Below, in pieces: positions 1-12,710 of a stretch of 64,000 nt of DNA. The stretch lies in assembly GCF_037042905.1 (NCBI RefSeq), contig NC_087251.1:11534001-11598000 (forward strand), read 5' to 3'. Made by a program: the position numbers and the translations under genes. The number at the start of each line of letters is the position of its first letter. Positions within the stretch are counted from its first letter, which is position 1. A model generated the notes under the pieces. That model made no database searches. It was not told where the DNA came from and saw nothing but the letters and a program-made list of their open reading frames with translations. Source of the stretch: Lytechinus pictus. Lineage: Eukaryota.

Positions 1-768
1 TCTCATTTTGACCTGGAATGGTGATACGTCAATGGCAAATGATTTCAATGGAATATTAAGGGTTTGTTAATTAATGATACATAATAAATCAGAAAAAGTT
101 TTCATTTTATGTGTATGTCATGTGTCCATAGTTTTCTATACTGTGCTATCATGTATCACCATGAAGAGACATGCACAGAGAGAGAGAGAGAGAGAGAAGG
201 GGGGGGGGGGCAAATTAAATGTCCAATAAGAGAATTGCAAAGAACAAAAGGAAATGGCGGAGGGGACAAAGAGATGAACGGAAATTACGGAAGAGAGAAG
301 GATGCAAATATAAAATCCTGCTCATTGCAAATTATGCCTAAAACAAAGCACCCCTTTCCCCTTAATATTTACAATAAGTCCCCATTTAATCCCACCCCTT
401 GCTTTGGGTGCACCTTTTCTAAATTAAAAAATCTACCCTCTCAAATCATTATACACTTGCCAATTATGGCAGATATGGTGATCTATATTTGGAGACTGCC
501 CTGCGGCAATAATCTTTATTCAATGTTTAGAGGTGCCTCTTAACCTGACAAGTGACTCCCACTATGTTTTTATTTTCTCAAATATTTGAAGATGTTATTT
601 TTCTTTAATACTCGAATCATTCTTTTTGAACGAGAGACCATTGTTACTCGTGACATTCATTTGATTAAAAAATGAAATAAATCGCTTGCCTCAATTTAAT
701 TTTCAATCAATCAGAAAGAACTCATGGTGTCAACATTTTCAAATGAAATTCATAAAAACGTTCTTTTG

Positions 769-850
769 CGACGAGGGTGGGATTCGAACCCACGCGTGCA
801 GAGCACAATGGATTAGCAAACCATCGCCATAACCACTCGGCCACCTCGTC
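769..850 (-). tRNA. tRNA-Ser(GCT), variant copy, possibly non-functional
   Basis: Reverse complement GACGAGGTGGCCGAGTGGTTATGGCGATGGTTTGCTAATCCATTGTGCTCTGCACGCGTGGGTTCGAATCCCACCCTCGTCG. 82 nt with A/B boxes, a long variable arm and a TTTTT terminator about 10 nt downstream. Versus the intact copies it has a D-loop A>T, an AC>TT change that breaks the last anticodon-stem pair, and a T>C in the T-stem. Confidence 0.85.
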
Positions 851-1919
851 ATATAATTGTTATTAAGACAATTATACTCTTTAACTGGTTTTGCATCAAA
901 TTTCACGTCAGTTTCATCATAAATTTCGACTGGACCACACAACACACAGGTATTGCGCAATATTCAGGCAATTCCCACGCAGGTGCAGATTAACCATAAT
1001 TAAAAGCGGTTGAGTACCATTGATCTTCAGTCTTCACGCAATAGTTCTTACCACTGCTGGCGTTCAGATGGGGGGGGGGGGCTTAAATGTGCCATATCCC
1101 ATCCCCTAAGAAGTGAAAAAGGGAGAAAATGAATGCACATGCCGGGAAAGAGTGAAATATACTATTTTCTGAATATTACATAAAAATATACCAAAATACT
1201 TGATCTCAAAATATGCCAAAAGACTTGATCTTTTGATGAGAAAAGGTCAAAATTTTGCTCGTTCGCATTAACTTAAAACTTTCGCTCCTCCCACCATATC
1301 TGGTCCTATCATAATTATTATTATTGCTTATTACGCCACCGATTCGCACGAAGAGGGGAGCCTTACCACCGAATTTATGCAGTTCACAGTTTTATAAATT
1401 ATCTATATGGCACTCGCCGTCTTGACAATTATTTTGAATCCAGTCTCGGGCTGCAATCAATATTTTTTATTATAAAAGACCATCATTGAAATTTGATATC
1501 TTACCACAAGTTGCCTTTTTGTCGCCTGCAATGAACCCCTCCCAATTTCCTTCTTTTTGATTAGGGTACATTCACATACCAATACATTGCCTTTATATAC
1601 TCTGACTGATAAAAGTTCCCCTTGACTCCTTCCCCTCCCCATTCTCACCTTGGCTCATTTATATTTGCTCTGGCAGCATCCCTATCGACGATTTCTATAG
1701 TGCATTTTCTTTTCTTTTTTCCTAAGTATGGCACTTTTTAATGAATTCAGGTGTCACGTACTCGCTCATTTTATGAAAAAAAAACTCATCTCCTTTTCCC
1801 TTTCATTTTTATGTTTCTCGCCTCTTTGCAGTGACAGTTTTCATATGAGGAAAAAATAAGATTTCAACTGACGAGTGATTTCGAAACGGATGGAATTGTA
1901 AACTGTTATTCTATAACTG

Positions 1920-1990
1920 CGTTGAGGGTGGGATTCGAATCCACGCGTGCAAATAGCAATTCATCGCCATAACCACTCGGCCACCTCGTC
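1920..1990 (-). pseudogene. tRNA-Ser pseudogene with an internal deletion of about 11 nt
   Basis: The 5' half matches the 769-850 copy, including its TTATGGCG variant. The anticodon/variable arm is collapsed and the acceptor 3' strand is mutated. Confidence 0.85.
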
Positions 1991-2309
1991 ATATGCATCA
2001 ACTCTTAAGTTTTAGCTAGTAATTCGACATCGACAGGCCTATAGTTTTTTGGCCTAGCTAGAATAGAAGAAACCAATGCTAATTGCATTGGTGATTGATT
2101 CAGAAGTGCATAAATGCATGTAAAGTAGGCCTTCTATTAAACAAAGACGCTTAGAAACGTCGTTCCGATATTAAACACTAAATAAGAGCGAAATATTATT
2201 ATTATCTCTCTTGTTCTGAATTCATACATTGTTATTTGTGTCCAATGTTATAATCAAAGTGGGAAGGAAAATATTTGAAGCATTTATTATACACAAAAAG
2301 TTGATCTGG

Positions 2310-2391
2310 CGACGAGGATGGGATTCGAACCCACGCGTGCAGAGCACAATGGATTAGCAGTCCATCGCCTTAACCACTCGGCCACCTCGTC
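2310..2391 (-). tRNA. tRNA-Ser(GCT), intact
   Basis: GACGAGGTGGCCGAGTGGTTAAGGCGATGGACTGCTAATCCATTGTGCTCTGCACGCGTGGGTTCGAATCCCATCCTCGTCG is a canonical metazoan Ser-GCT cloverleaf with a downstream oligo-T terminator. Confidence 0.97.
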
Positions 2392-2554
2392 AAATATATA
2401 TCATATAAAACATTAAAGCATTTTGTTATTTGATAAATAATTGCATTGTTATTTTATCACAATTTAAACATCTGGCACCACTTCAGTTGTTTGTTGCGCA
2501 GTCATGCACAAAGAAATAATTAACCTTTAAGCACCACCCCCCTCTCTCTCTCTA

Positions 2555-2582
2555 TAATATATACATATCAATATACATATAT

Positions 2583-2636
<54 letters not shown>

Positions 2637-2650
2637 CATATATATATACA
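2555..2650. repeat. (TA)n / (TACA) microsatellite
   Basis: Direct reading of the sequence. Confidence 0.9.
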
Positions 2651-2967
2651 AAGAGTGATAATGCACCTGAGTGTGCACCTGAATGGAAGCGGATCTAGAG
2701 GGGGGGTTGGGGGGGTTGCAACCCCCCCAAAAAAAAAAATCCGGGGACCATTTTTTTAAATCTTATCTTTTTTTTAAAACTTGTAATGCAAGAAAACGCC
2801 ATTTTCACACACAGATTTTCAAAAATTTTCCCTACTGTGGGAGGGGGACACCCCCCTCCCACACCCTCACCCTCGCTCGCTTGGACTCGGTCGCTACGCT
2901 CCCTCGCATACCACCCCAACCCCCCCCCCCCTTTATAAAAAGCTGGATCCGCCCCTGTAATAGCCTA

Positions 2968-3110
2968 TAGCGTAGCCGGGTAATAATAGCACGGCCCGCT
3001 AGAACAGTTTTCGGAAACTGATGTGGCTACCCTGGGTAAATATACCGTTATTATTATCATCATTATTATTATTATTACTACTATTACTATTATTATCATC
3101 ATTATTATTA
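2968..3110 (+). mobile_element. Probable SINE/LINE 3' end with (ATT)n tail
   Basis: A structured segment (cagttttcggaaactg hairpin) followed immediately by an (ATT/ATC)n tail. Confidence 0.5.
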
Positions 3111-3529
3111 TATTGTCACTCACACTCTTGTCTGGCGAATTTAGTTTAAAAAATGAACTAAAAAAGAATTGTATGAAACACATGGATTTTATTTGTCAGC
3201 TTGAATAATACCAAATACTGAATATAATACTTTGAACTAATGACAAGCTTGGAATTCATAATACTATTGGTTTGAAATGTAATATCATGTACATAATAAT
3301 CGACTTATATATTGTATATAAAAATATATATAGAGAGAAAATCAAAAGCTTCGGCCTTTGGCCTTGATGCAGATATGAAATAATTACATGTATCCTTAAA
3401 AAGCTTTCAATAAATGAAATGTGATAACACATTGAAAAGTTAATGAAAAAAATGGCACAGAAATTTGATACATCAAGTAGGATATGAGTAATCTTATATG
3501 TCAGAAAGAATATAGTGTAAATTTTATAA

Positions 3530-3677
3530 GGGCTCCGTAACACAAAGATAATCGCTAATTTGTAAGAACAATTCTGATTGGTTCCTAGTCAGTCTACGGA
3601 GCAAAATGTGCATGCAATAATGATCATGATAGGCCATTTCATTTAGCGATCAATCGCTAACCTTGTGTTTCGGAGCC
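3530..3677. mobile_element. Short MITE, PIF/Harbinger-like
   Basis: Terminal inverted repeat (TIR) GGCTCCGTAACACAAAG ... CCTTGTGTTTCGGAGCC. Confidence 0.6.
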
Positions 3678-4088
3678 AAGAACACATCAAGGGATTATCA
3701 TTGCTTTACCATCACGGAGGTAAAATCACCCTTAGTACTTACTGACTATTCAACATACGACATAGTGAAATGAATAATGTCAACAATTTCTTTAGAAATA
3801 TATTAAAACATAGACCGATTCATGCTGATTTTTTTCCTTGACAATTAATTTACATTATTGAATCACTAAGTTGGCTTAAATGGCCTATTTGGATTCCTCT
3901 AAAAACTCTTCATTGAGGCACATAGGCGGTTTAAAGCCTTGATAGCAACAAGTTAGGAAAATCACGGAAGTCTTTCTACTTCTAAGGTAAAACTTGTCCA
4001 ATATTTGGGATAACATGCGTGTTTCGTGAGTACTATTGGCTTAGTAAAGTTAATGCAACAATTTTTGGCATTATTTTGCCCATGCAAT

Positions 4089-5180
4089 CAGAGGTGTACC
4101 GTGGGTCACCAGCAAAAAAATTGAGTCACTTTAGCCAGGCATACTGACCTAAAAGACATTTTAAGGACTGTGCCATTCAAAGAATATGTATCTCACTGAT
4201 CAAATAACGCGAACGCGAAGCACGAGCTGAACATTTTTGATATTCAGACCTAAAAGGGACATAATAAGCAAATTTGTGTAAACATGATAGTACGTATATA
4301 CCTGTCTCACTAAACGAACAGAGCGAGCGTGAAGCGCGAGCTGAAATTGAAACCAAACAGGGACGTTTCAAGGACTATTTTTAAGAATTCATGAGAGCAT
4401 GACATCTCACATAATTTTATAGTCATCTAATGCGATCGTCAAGCGCGTGTTGATTTTTTCATTATTACACCTAAACATTATGAAGTACTTTTTGTATCAT
4501 GAACATGATATAAGTATCTCAATAATCAAAATAATATTGCGAGCGCGAAGCTGAATTTTTTTATATTCAGACCTGAAGAGGTGCATTCTAAGGCCTGTTT
4601 CATCAAGATCATACGTATTTCACTGACCAAATAAAGCGAGCGTAAAGCGCGAGCTGAAAACTTGATATTCAGACCAAATAGAAAAGGGACACAAGGACTG
4701 TTTAAAGAATTCATGGAGAGCAGACAAATCTCACCGTAAGACCGGACTAGAAATGTTTGATATTCAGACCTTAAAAGGGGCTATCACTTTTATAGTCATG
4801 AAAAATAAGCATATGTCACAACCTAAAGTAATAAAAGCTCGGAGAGGAAATATATTTGGCGTATATTGACTTGAAAATTGACGTTTTAGTAAAATTTAAT
4901 CCCCTCGAATAGGATTATTTATCTCAAAAGACAATGCGAGCACCAGGTGTGATGAACACATATAGGCCCTAGAAAATTTGTTTCATAAGGTTATGAAAAA
5001 AATTCTTAATGTAATATAATATAATATATATAATATGATGTAACAATGTAATATAATATACAATAATTTCTTCTTCTTCCTCTTCCACTACGTTTCTCTT
5101 TCTTTCTCCCCCGTTTCCCCCGTTTTTTCCCCAGCCGATGGGGGGGGGGGGGGGGGGCGTGCCCCGTAGTTACGCCAGTG
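4089..5180. mobile_element. Non-autonomous hAT-like element carrying the ~110-bp GCGAAGC satellite
   Basis: 8-bp TSD CATGCAAT (4081-4088 and 5181-5188), decayed CA(G/C)TGGCGTA-type TIRs, and internal units containing gcgagcgcgaagcgcgagctgaaa. Confidence 0.8.
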
Positions 5181-5604
5181 CATGCAATCACCCAGTGCAG
5201 GATAAATGGTAGGGTGGGGCAGACTTCTTAAAAAAACAGAAGGTTTCACTAACTTTTATTTCACGCTGTGTTAAACTCTCGTTGATCACGTCATCAATCT
5301 ATTATTTCTGTAGTGAAGACCATGCAGATTAAACATTCAATTGTCCCCAAAGATGTAAAGAGCAAATTTTCAATCTACTTCCACTCCTCATGGGTCAAGT
5401 CACAAGGACTGATATTTTTCTAAGAGGACTGAAAACTTCCATATTAATTATTTCTCGTCAAAATACCATCAAGGTTTCTTATTTTTCTATAATTTGACAG
5501 GCTAAAGAACAAAAAAAAAAAAGATAAGACATGAAAAGTCTAACGCATTTCAATCATAATGGTGAGACCAATAAGGCATGAAAGTTTGCTTGATAAGGTA
5601 ATTC

Positions 5605-5916
5605 TCAACCCACAAATATGGATTTCTCAATACCATCCGGTAGACTGGTAAACTCGAAAGAACTCTCGAAGTATTCCGATTCGTACTTCGGTGAATTTCG
5701 GACGTACTCGAGATAGTTCGGCGACCCTGGTATGACCATATTGTCCGCAACGACTACGGTTCCGTTTCTCACAAGTCGATGGTCTTCCAGGAGGATGAGA
5801 TCGGCTTTGTACAAAGATTTGACGTGATCGATGAACACGTAATCGAAAGAGTCGATGTTGAATTCGTCTTTTAGATTTGGAATCACTTTGTTGGAAAAGC
5901 CTTTTATGACTTGGAC
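5605..5916 (-). CDS. COMT: Catechol O-methyltransferase-like protein, coding exon 4 (last)
   Basis: Acceptor ATACAG|GTC. Encodes VQVIKG...FDYVFIDHVKSLY...VVADNMVIPGSPNYLEYVR...SFEFTSLPDGIEKSIFVG*, which carries the COMT DH-K, ADN and DG-EK motifs. 312 nt, phase 0. Confidence 0.95.
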   Translation of the reverse strand, partial: VQVIKGFSNKVIPNLKDEFNIDSFDYVFIDHVKSLYKADLILLEDHRLVRNGTVVVADNMVIPGSPNYLEYVRNSPKYESEYFESSFEFTSLPDGIEKSIFVG

Positions 5917-7286
5917 CTGTATATCGTACACGGAAAAGAAAGTATAACAGAAAATTATATAAAACATGAAATTGATTTCAGATGACAACCCTCATCTGGT
6001 CAATGATTAAATCAGTATTGATTGTTCTCTTAAAAGTATTAATCAATGGTGTTTTTTTTCCTTTTTATTGCTTGTTGCATAATATGTTAGTGGCAATTTC
6101 AAGTGTATCATTACTTGGAGGCATATGTGAAAAATTGAAGAAAATAAAGTAGATATGCCCCAGTTATTCAAGATATTGACTTTCTATCATTCTCTCAGTC
6201 CCAGTTGATCAAGCTCAATCTGTAAATACTTTTATCAAAGCTATCTACAGTCCCTTGGAACTATATATCTATGTTAAGATTGAATTTTACCTTTATCGCG
6301 AATAGACGCACAGTTCTCTCTAAAATGAGCTAAAATTCACAAAGATAATAGTTCACTCCAAGGGCCATAGTCCCTTGTCTATAAGGGTTTGATTATAGTT
6401 ACTTTGTATTTAAAGAACACATAATGGCTCAATTTCGACAACGTTTCAGGACGACGATATGAATCGTCCATGCGTCCTCAAAGCAGAACTTGCCGTATCA
6501 CGGCAAAATTTACCCCTCCCCCCACCCCCTTCAGATGCCTTCTGATTGAGAAAAGAAAGGTCAGCATTCGAGGTATCATGGTTTCGAGTGAGATTCGAAG
6601 GTTCGGAAAACTTTACTCATGCAGTCTCGGAATTACATCTATTGTTCGTAGGTTAAGGATATCATTCACAAGAACGGCTTTGTAGTTAAAAAGAAAAATG
6701 CTTTTAAAAACTTGATTTTGAAATTCTGGCGGACTAATATATTCTGAAGATTTTCAAAGCTCTGTGTAAATTTTGGAGTAAAGACTCTAACTTTTGGGGA
6801 TATGTTTTTGAGCGGACATATGGTTTGTGGATGAAGCGAATGTCGAAAAATTGTTTAAAAAAATAACTTTCGAAACTCGAATGCTACAAAATTCCCCGAG
6901 TGTTATATTTGGAGATGTCGCTAAAGGCAGTTTTTATTTTTTAATTGTTCAGAAATAAAATGAAAGACTGCAATTTCTTTCAAATAAATTGTATACGACT
7001 CCCAACCCCAGCGCAAGTATTTGTCAAAATATCGATGCACAAAATGCAAAGGTTTTTTTTTTCAATCATGAAAAAATACCTGTTGCCGAACTAAAAACGA
7101 TTAGGGTCCTAGTGAAAACTTTGGACCAAAAAATGTTGAGTACTTTACGGAGCATAAGAGCTTAAAGTTTAATTTCCTTAGAATAACTCTTTTGATACTA
7201 CATCCTTTGCAAAACTCAACAAGTGAAAGTGGGGGTATAAGTTTTATGGAACTTTGTCTCCGAGCACCAACTAACTTGACTAACTA

Positions 7287-8210
7287 ACCCTTAAAAATCT
7301 GGGCCATGAAATTTGGAAGAATGGCGGATTCAGCCCCCCCCCCCCCCCCTTCTGATCTATGGCGTCGACCGCATGATCGCGACGAAAATCGGCACGTGTG
7401 TTACCCACGGCATACTCTACAAAACAAATCAAATTCTTCGAAAATTACATTACAAAATAATTATGCTAATTTATGCGTACAATCAATAATCGTAGGTCAA
7501 GTCCACCCCAGAAACATACTGATTTGAATTAATTGAGAAAAATAAACAAGGCATAACACTGACAATTTCATCAAAATCGGGTGTAATCATGTAATAAGAA
7601 AGTTATATTTCAAAGTGCCGTTTATTTTTTACGTAAAGACATGCAAATGAGAGGGAGTATGATGTCCCTAAAATACTACTTCTTTAGTTTTTTTATTATT
7701 TTAATTATATTATATTTCTTTTTCCTTTTTTTTATATAGATTTGACAATAAGGACCAACTTGACTGAACCACAACATGTAAAACCAATACAAAAGAAAGA
7801 GTGAGTGGGTGATGTCATCAGTCCTTTCATTTGCTTACCAACCAATATGTGCAGATAAATGTTTTGGAAAAATTAGGAGAAACTATGTCTTGTCATAACT
7901 TCCTTAATTTACATCCAATTTTGATGACATTTTTCATGTTATGCTTGTTGGATTTTTCATGAATTTTGACTTTAAAAATCCATTGGATTTATGACTCCAC
8001 GTTTTTGAGCAATTTGGGGTCTGACATGCACTTATGAAATGTTGCGTAATTTTAATACCGCGTTCCGGGGATCGCAAATCATTTTGCTCTCAAAAGTTGC
8101 GCAAGAATTGAAAGAAAAAAGTATAGGTGCGGCGCGGCGCCAGATTTTCGCGTTACAGATATATTGAACAAAACTGTCGGGTTGGGGGGGGGGAGGCTGA
8201 ATAAGCACCA
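7287..8210. mobile_element. DNA-transposon-like element, possibly piggyBac-like, interrupted by a Kolobok-type MITE fragment (about 7494-7975)
   Basis: 7330-7490 resembles the reverse complement of about 31600-31760, and 8000-8150 resembles the reverse complement of about 29560-29720. The insert starts GGTCAAGTCCACCCCAG like the 54054 MITE. Confidence 0.6.
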
Positions 8211-8434
8211 AATACATAATACTAGTGGCGTATTGAGTATCTACGAAGAAAAGGTGGAAAGGACGAAGGGTCACTTGCCACAGGTGTTACTTTAGTGGAC
8301 AAAAAGGCAGCTCTTTGTCCATTCTGACAATAACCAAACAAGCAACCAATTATTTAGGCACAATTTTAACGCTTGTCCTGGGTGCTTTTTCGCTTGAACT
8401 GCATGGTTTTTTTTTAAGTTAATCTAAATGTTAC

Positions 8435-8628
8435 CACATCTTGCAATCCTGCAAATTCGACCATCTTTCTGGCAATAAAAGCCCTATCTTCATCGGCCTC
8501 CACGCACAGGTACCGAGATCCTTCCAGAAGTTCCCGAGCAGCGTTGATAGCCGAGTAACCGACGAAAGTACCGAGTTCGAGACACGTCATGGGTTTCGTT
8601 TCCTGCACGATCTTTCTCACTATGGGGG
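8435..8628 (-). CDS. COMT: COMT-like coding exon 3 (SAM-binding motif I)
   Basis: CCCAG|CC acceptor and GTG|GTAAC donor. 194 nt. Encodes (A)PIVRKIVQETKPMTCLELGTFVGYSAINAARELLEGSRYLCVEADEDRAFIARKMVEFAGLQDV. Phases are compatible with both neighbours. Confidence 0.95.
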
Positions 8629-9038
8629 CTGGGATGACAGACGGGTGGAAGGAATAAAAGGAAGAAAGCGATGGTCGTTTGTAGATCTTTAAATGCGCCC
8701 CAGTCTGATTATGAAAGGGTAAACTCCTCTCAAACCGTCAATAAAAAGCGTCGATCGGTAACATTATACATATATATATAATTATTCTAGGTATAATACA
8801 TACATTCGAATTCTGGAACTCAAACATGAAATCTAGCTTACTATGGGTTGGGTTGGGTCTGAGCTGTAAAACGTTTATTGTATCGAGATTGAAGAATTAC
8901 TGGCCTCTGATTGTTACTATGGAAACTGTCCGAGACTGTCTATTATTGTGCAGCTAATTTATTCATTAAAATTTTTTAAAAAATCACCCAATCATAACCA
9001 ATAAAACATTGACAAAGGTATGTTTCAGTAGTTATGTA

Positions 9039-9183
9039 CAGGAGCCGCGGAACGGGTTTAAAAGTGGGGGGGGGGGGCTGACCATGCAAAAAATCACAAT
9101 TGTATGGTAATTATTACGTTTTTGTACACGGTTTTGGAAAAAAAAGTAGGGTGAGGGGCTGAAGCCCGCTTCCGCGGCCCTTG
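9039..9183. mobile_element. Short CAGG-ended MITE with a 5-bp TSD; second, partial copy at about 13482-13640
   Basis: TIR CAGGAGCCGCGGAA ... TTCCGCGGCCCTTG, with ATGTA on both sides (9034-9038 and 9184-9188). Confidence 0.7.
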
Positions 9184-9341
9184 ATGTAACCCGCCCCCCC
9201 CCCAAAAAAAATAGTCATATCCCATTGCTTAATGATTAATGAAACTGAATGAAACTTATAATATAAAAAGAAATGATCGAGTGCTGTTTCCACTCTCCAC
9301 ATACCCACTTACAGTCTTACACCAAAATGATATACCGATAC

Positions 9342-9506
9342 CTTTATCGTCACCGAGGCAGAACGTCCACTGCTCTTCACGACAGAAACGATCCATCGTT
9401 TTAATGATACTCTCGGGATCTCCTCTCTGCGCATGCTCAATGACGTACTGATAAATCCTATCGCACAGTCTGCCATACCATCGGTCGTATAATCCCTTTA
9501 AGACTC
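9342..9506 (-). CDS. COMT: COMT-like coding exon 2
   Basis: TGCAG|GA acceptor after a pyrimidine tract and AAAG|GTATC donor. 165 nt. Encodes (G)VLKGLYDRWYGRLCDRIYQYVIEHAQRGDPESIIKTMDRFCREEQWTFCLGDDK. Confidence 0.93.
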
Positions 9507-10489
9507 CTGCATGAAGAAGGGAGATCATAGAGACAGAAGAAAAAACGATGAGAAACAAAACTAGGAGAAAGGGAAAAGTTTGTATTACATGCATGTAGTT
9601 AGGTAGGCTATACTTTTGTGAAAATTAGAGGGGGTTCTTACTTTTGCAATAGGAAAGCGAAAAAAAAGAATAATGAAATTGTTATGGATATTTACAAAAG
9701 AGGACATCGTAGAATGTAAAGGATACCTCTTTCCTATTTTTGAAAAAAAAATGTTCGCAGTATTCGATCCCCCCCCAAAAAAAAAATATATAAATATATC
9801 AAGAAATCGCCGCGCCTGTATCCTTGAGATGTGTAGGCCTATGTGTGAGGATTATGTAGGGAAATAATGACTCGATCAGTATAGTTCGAGAGGGTAGGCC
9901 TATATACTCCAGGTTGAAAATAATTACCAAAATAAGATGAGTAAAATTCAACGAACAGAGCGATGAAAGTGTAATATAAAATTTGATAAAAACTAATGAA
10001 GTTATTGAATTTCAAAGTTCGGCATTGTGGAAACATGCAGATGCAGGTATATCATGTACATGCCGTCATGAAAGTGTAATAAGATAATTATTTGATATGT
10101 TTATTTGATGTGTGTAAAAACTCTGTTTCCTTGTAATGAAACGAATTTCAACAATCAAGACACAGTCAATCAGGGGAGCCTTTCATGAAAGTAGTTGTCA
10201 GAAATGTCATCCGACAAGTCCCATGTTATCCGACAGATATACTATCAGGCGCGTATCCAGGATTTTGCACACGGGGGGGGGGGCGTCCTAATTTTGGCGC
10301 CCCTGTGAACTTTTAGGAAAATGACCCCCCCCCCCCCGCCAGGCAATCATAGGTGCCTTTTTCATAATCACGTGAAAAAAAAGACAATCGAAGATCACTT
10401 TTTTTAACGTGTTCATGAAAAAAATATCCACAAATATGTTGCAATACCATTTTTTGAAAAGATTTAATGCGACCAGAAAGCATAGAATC

Positions 10490-11163
10490 TTAAAGCAGAA
10501 TAAAACATTTGGAACAAGATAGCTTGTGTGAAAACAGAAAAACAAAGAAACAGATCAATGAAAGTTTGAGAAAAATAAGACAAATAATGAGAAAGTTATG
10601 AGCATTTGAATATTGCGATCACTAATGCTATGGAGATCCTCTTATTGGCAATGCGACAAAGATGTGTGATGTCCACCACTGAACTGGAAATACGTATTTC
10701 CAGTTCAGTGATGTCCACTGATCTCTCACTTGTGAACAACTCTCCCCATTACTTTAGTATATATTTCACTTAAACTGCCTCTTTTATCACATCTATCAGT
10801 AGATCATGTGTTCTTTCTATAGGAGAGCATGTAATACAGATCATGGACCTAATAGGTCCATGTACAGATTTCTAAAGAATACATCATGGATGAAGAGTTT
10901 GTATCACCTTAAGAAAAAGCAAAAAGAGACATTTTGGGGGTATTTTATAGTCGATCAAAGGGAAAGTTGTTCACATGTGACATCACACATCCGTGTCGCA
11001 TTGCCAATAGGAGGATCTCCATAGCATTAGTGATTGCAATATTCAAATGCTCATAACTTTCTCATTATTTGTCTGATTTTTCTCAAACTTTCTTTGTTCT
11101 TATTCTTTGATTTTTCTGTTTCGACACAAGCCAACTTGTTCCAAAGGTTTCATTTCCCTTTAA
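10490..11163. mobile_element. Kolobok-type palindromic MITE (TTAA TSD, AG terminus)
   Basis: TTAA-AGCAGAATAAAAC ... GTTTCATTTCCCT-TTAA with inverted arms of about 200 bp. Paralog at 13795-14388. Confidence 0.8.
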
Positions 11164-12474
11164 GCACTTGGGGTTTCAATTAAGTTTAATTTCTCATCAG
11201 AGTGGTAGGCCCTACTAAAATTATGTGGGCGGGAGCTGTAATTTCTTTACCAGGGGCGGATCCAGTTTTCGCCAATAGGGGGGGGGGGGTATTTTCATCT
11301 ATATGTTTTCCGATCGGACATTCTAAGTACTTTTTGCAACCGTGAACAATATGTGTATACGTATATCTAAACAAAATTGATGTGAGCGCGAATCGCGAGC
11401 TGAAATTTTTTGATATTCTGACCTCAAATTTGGAAAATCTATAAGTACTTTTGGCAATCAACAATAGGATGGTATCTATCTCAACATTTTATGCGAGTGC
11501 GAAGCGCGAGCTGAAAATTTTTGATATTCCGACCCAAAGTTGGACATTCTATATAAGCACTTTATCTAACCATGAACAGGATCGTCACCTTATCTATCTC
11601 AACATTTTATGCGAACGCGAAGCGCGAGTTGACAATATTTGAATTTCCGACACCAAACTGGATATATGCATATTTTGTAACCATGAACAGGATGGGTATC
11701 TATTTAAACAATTGTGCGAGCGGGAAGCGCGGGCTGAAAAATTGCGAGATTCTGCCAAAATTTGGACATCCTAAGTACTTTCTGTAATCATGAACAAGAT
11801 GGGTATCTTATTAATCGATGCGAGCACGAATAGTGAACTGAAAATTTTTGATAAAATTCCGACCGAAAACTTGTCATTCTAAGCCTATTTTGTGACCATG
11901 AACAGGCCAAGTATGAGTATCTATTTAAACAATTGAGCGAGCGCGAAGCGCGAGCTGAAATTTTTTATGTTCTGATTTAAAATTTGGACATTCGAGTAAG
12001 CATTTTTGATCAGGATCAGGATAAGTAGGTCCGATATAACAAAACATTTTATGCGAGCAAAGCGCGAGTTGATCCTTCGACATCATCCAAAGTTGGACAT
12101 TCTAAGCACTGTCTTTATCTATTATGAACAGGATCGTCAACTTACTAAACAATTGATGCGAGTGCGAAGAGCGAGATGAAAATATTTTATATTCTGACCT
12201 AAATTTGGACTTTCTAAGCACTTTGGGTAATCATGAACAAGATGGACATCTAACTAGCATTTGATGCGAGCAAACATGAGTTTGGAGCCCCCCATGTGAA
12301 ACATGAATTTGGCGCCCCAGGACAAACATCCAATTGGCGCTCTAAAGGTCGAATATGAATTTTGCACCCCCTCCCTAGGTTGAACATGAATTTGGCGCCC
12401 CAAGCAGGACAAACATCAAATTGGCGATCCTATATATAACATCAATTCGGCGCCCCCTGCGTTGAAGATCAATT

Positions 12475-12710
12475 CACTGTAAAAATATTGGGTAAATTTT
12501 TACCGCCACGAGGGTAATTATGTGTCCAACCAATTTTGGGCAGTATTTTACCCAATGCGGGCAGCATATTGTCCAGTAAGGTTAAAAAATAAGCAGCAAC
12601 TTATATGGGCAAAATTTTCAGCACACTGGATAAATAAAAATGCCCAATGTTGGTTGGACACATAATTATCCTCGTGGTGGTAACAATTTTACCCAATATT
12701 TTTCACAGTG
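12475..12710. mobile_element. CACTG-ended palindromic MITE
   Basis: cactgtaaaaatattgggtaaa ... ttttacccaatatttttcacagtg with inverted arms of about 70 bp. A related copy lies at about 25703-25908. Confidence 0.75.

Noticed and set aside
1868..1900. CTGACGA-GTGATTTC-GAAAC hammerhead-like core
   Set aside because: No pairing partners for stems I and III and no properly placed NUH site were found.
9507..9594. ORF-track hydrophobic N-terminus (MHVIQTFPFLLVLFLIVF...) as the COMT membrane anchor
   Set aside because: It coincides with the polypyrimidine tract before a good CAG acceptor, and a phase-compatible exon 1 exists at 15318-15408. An alternative start here cannot be fully excluded without RNA data.
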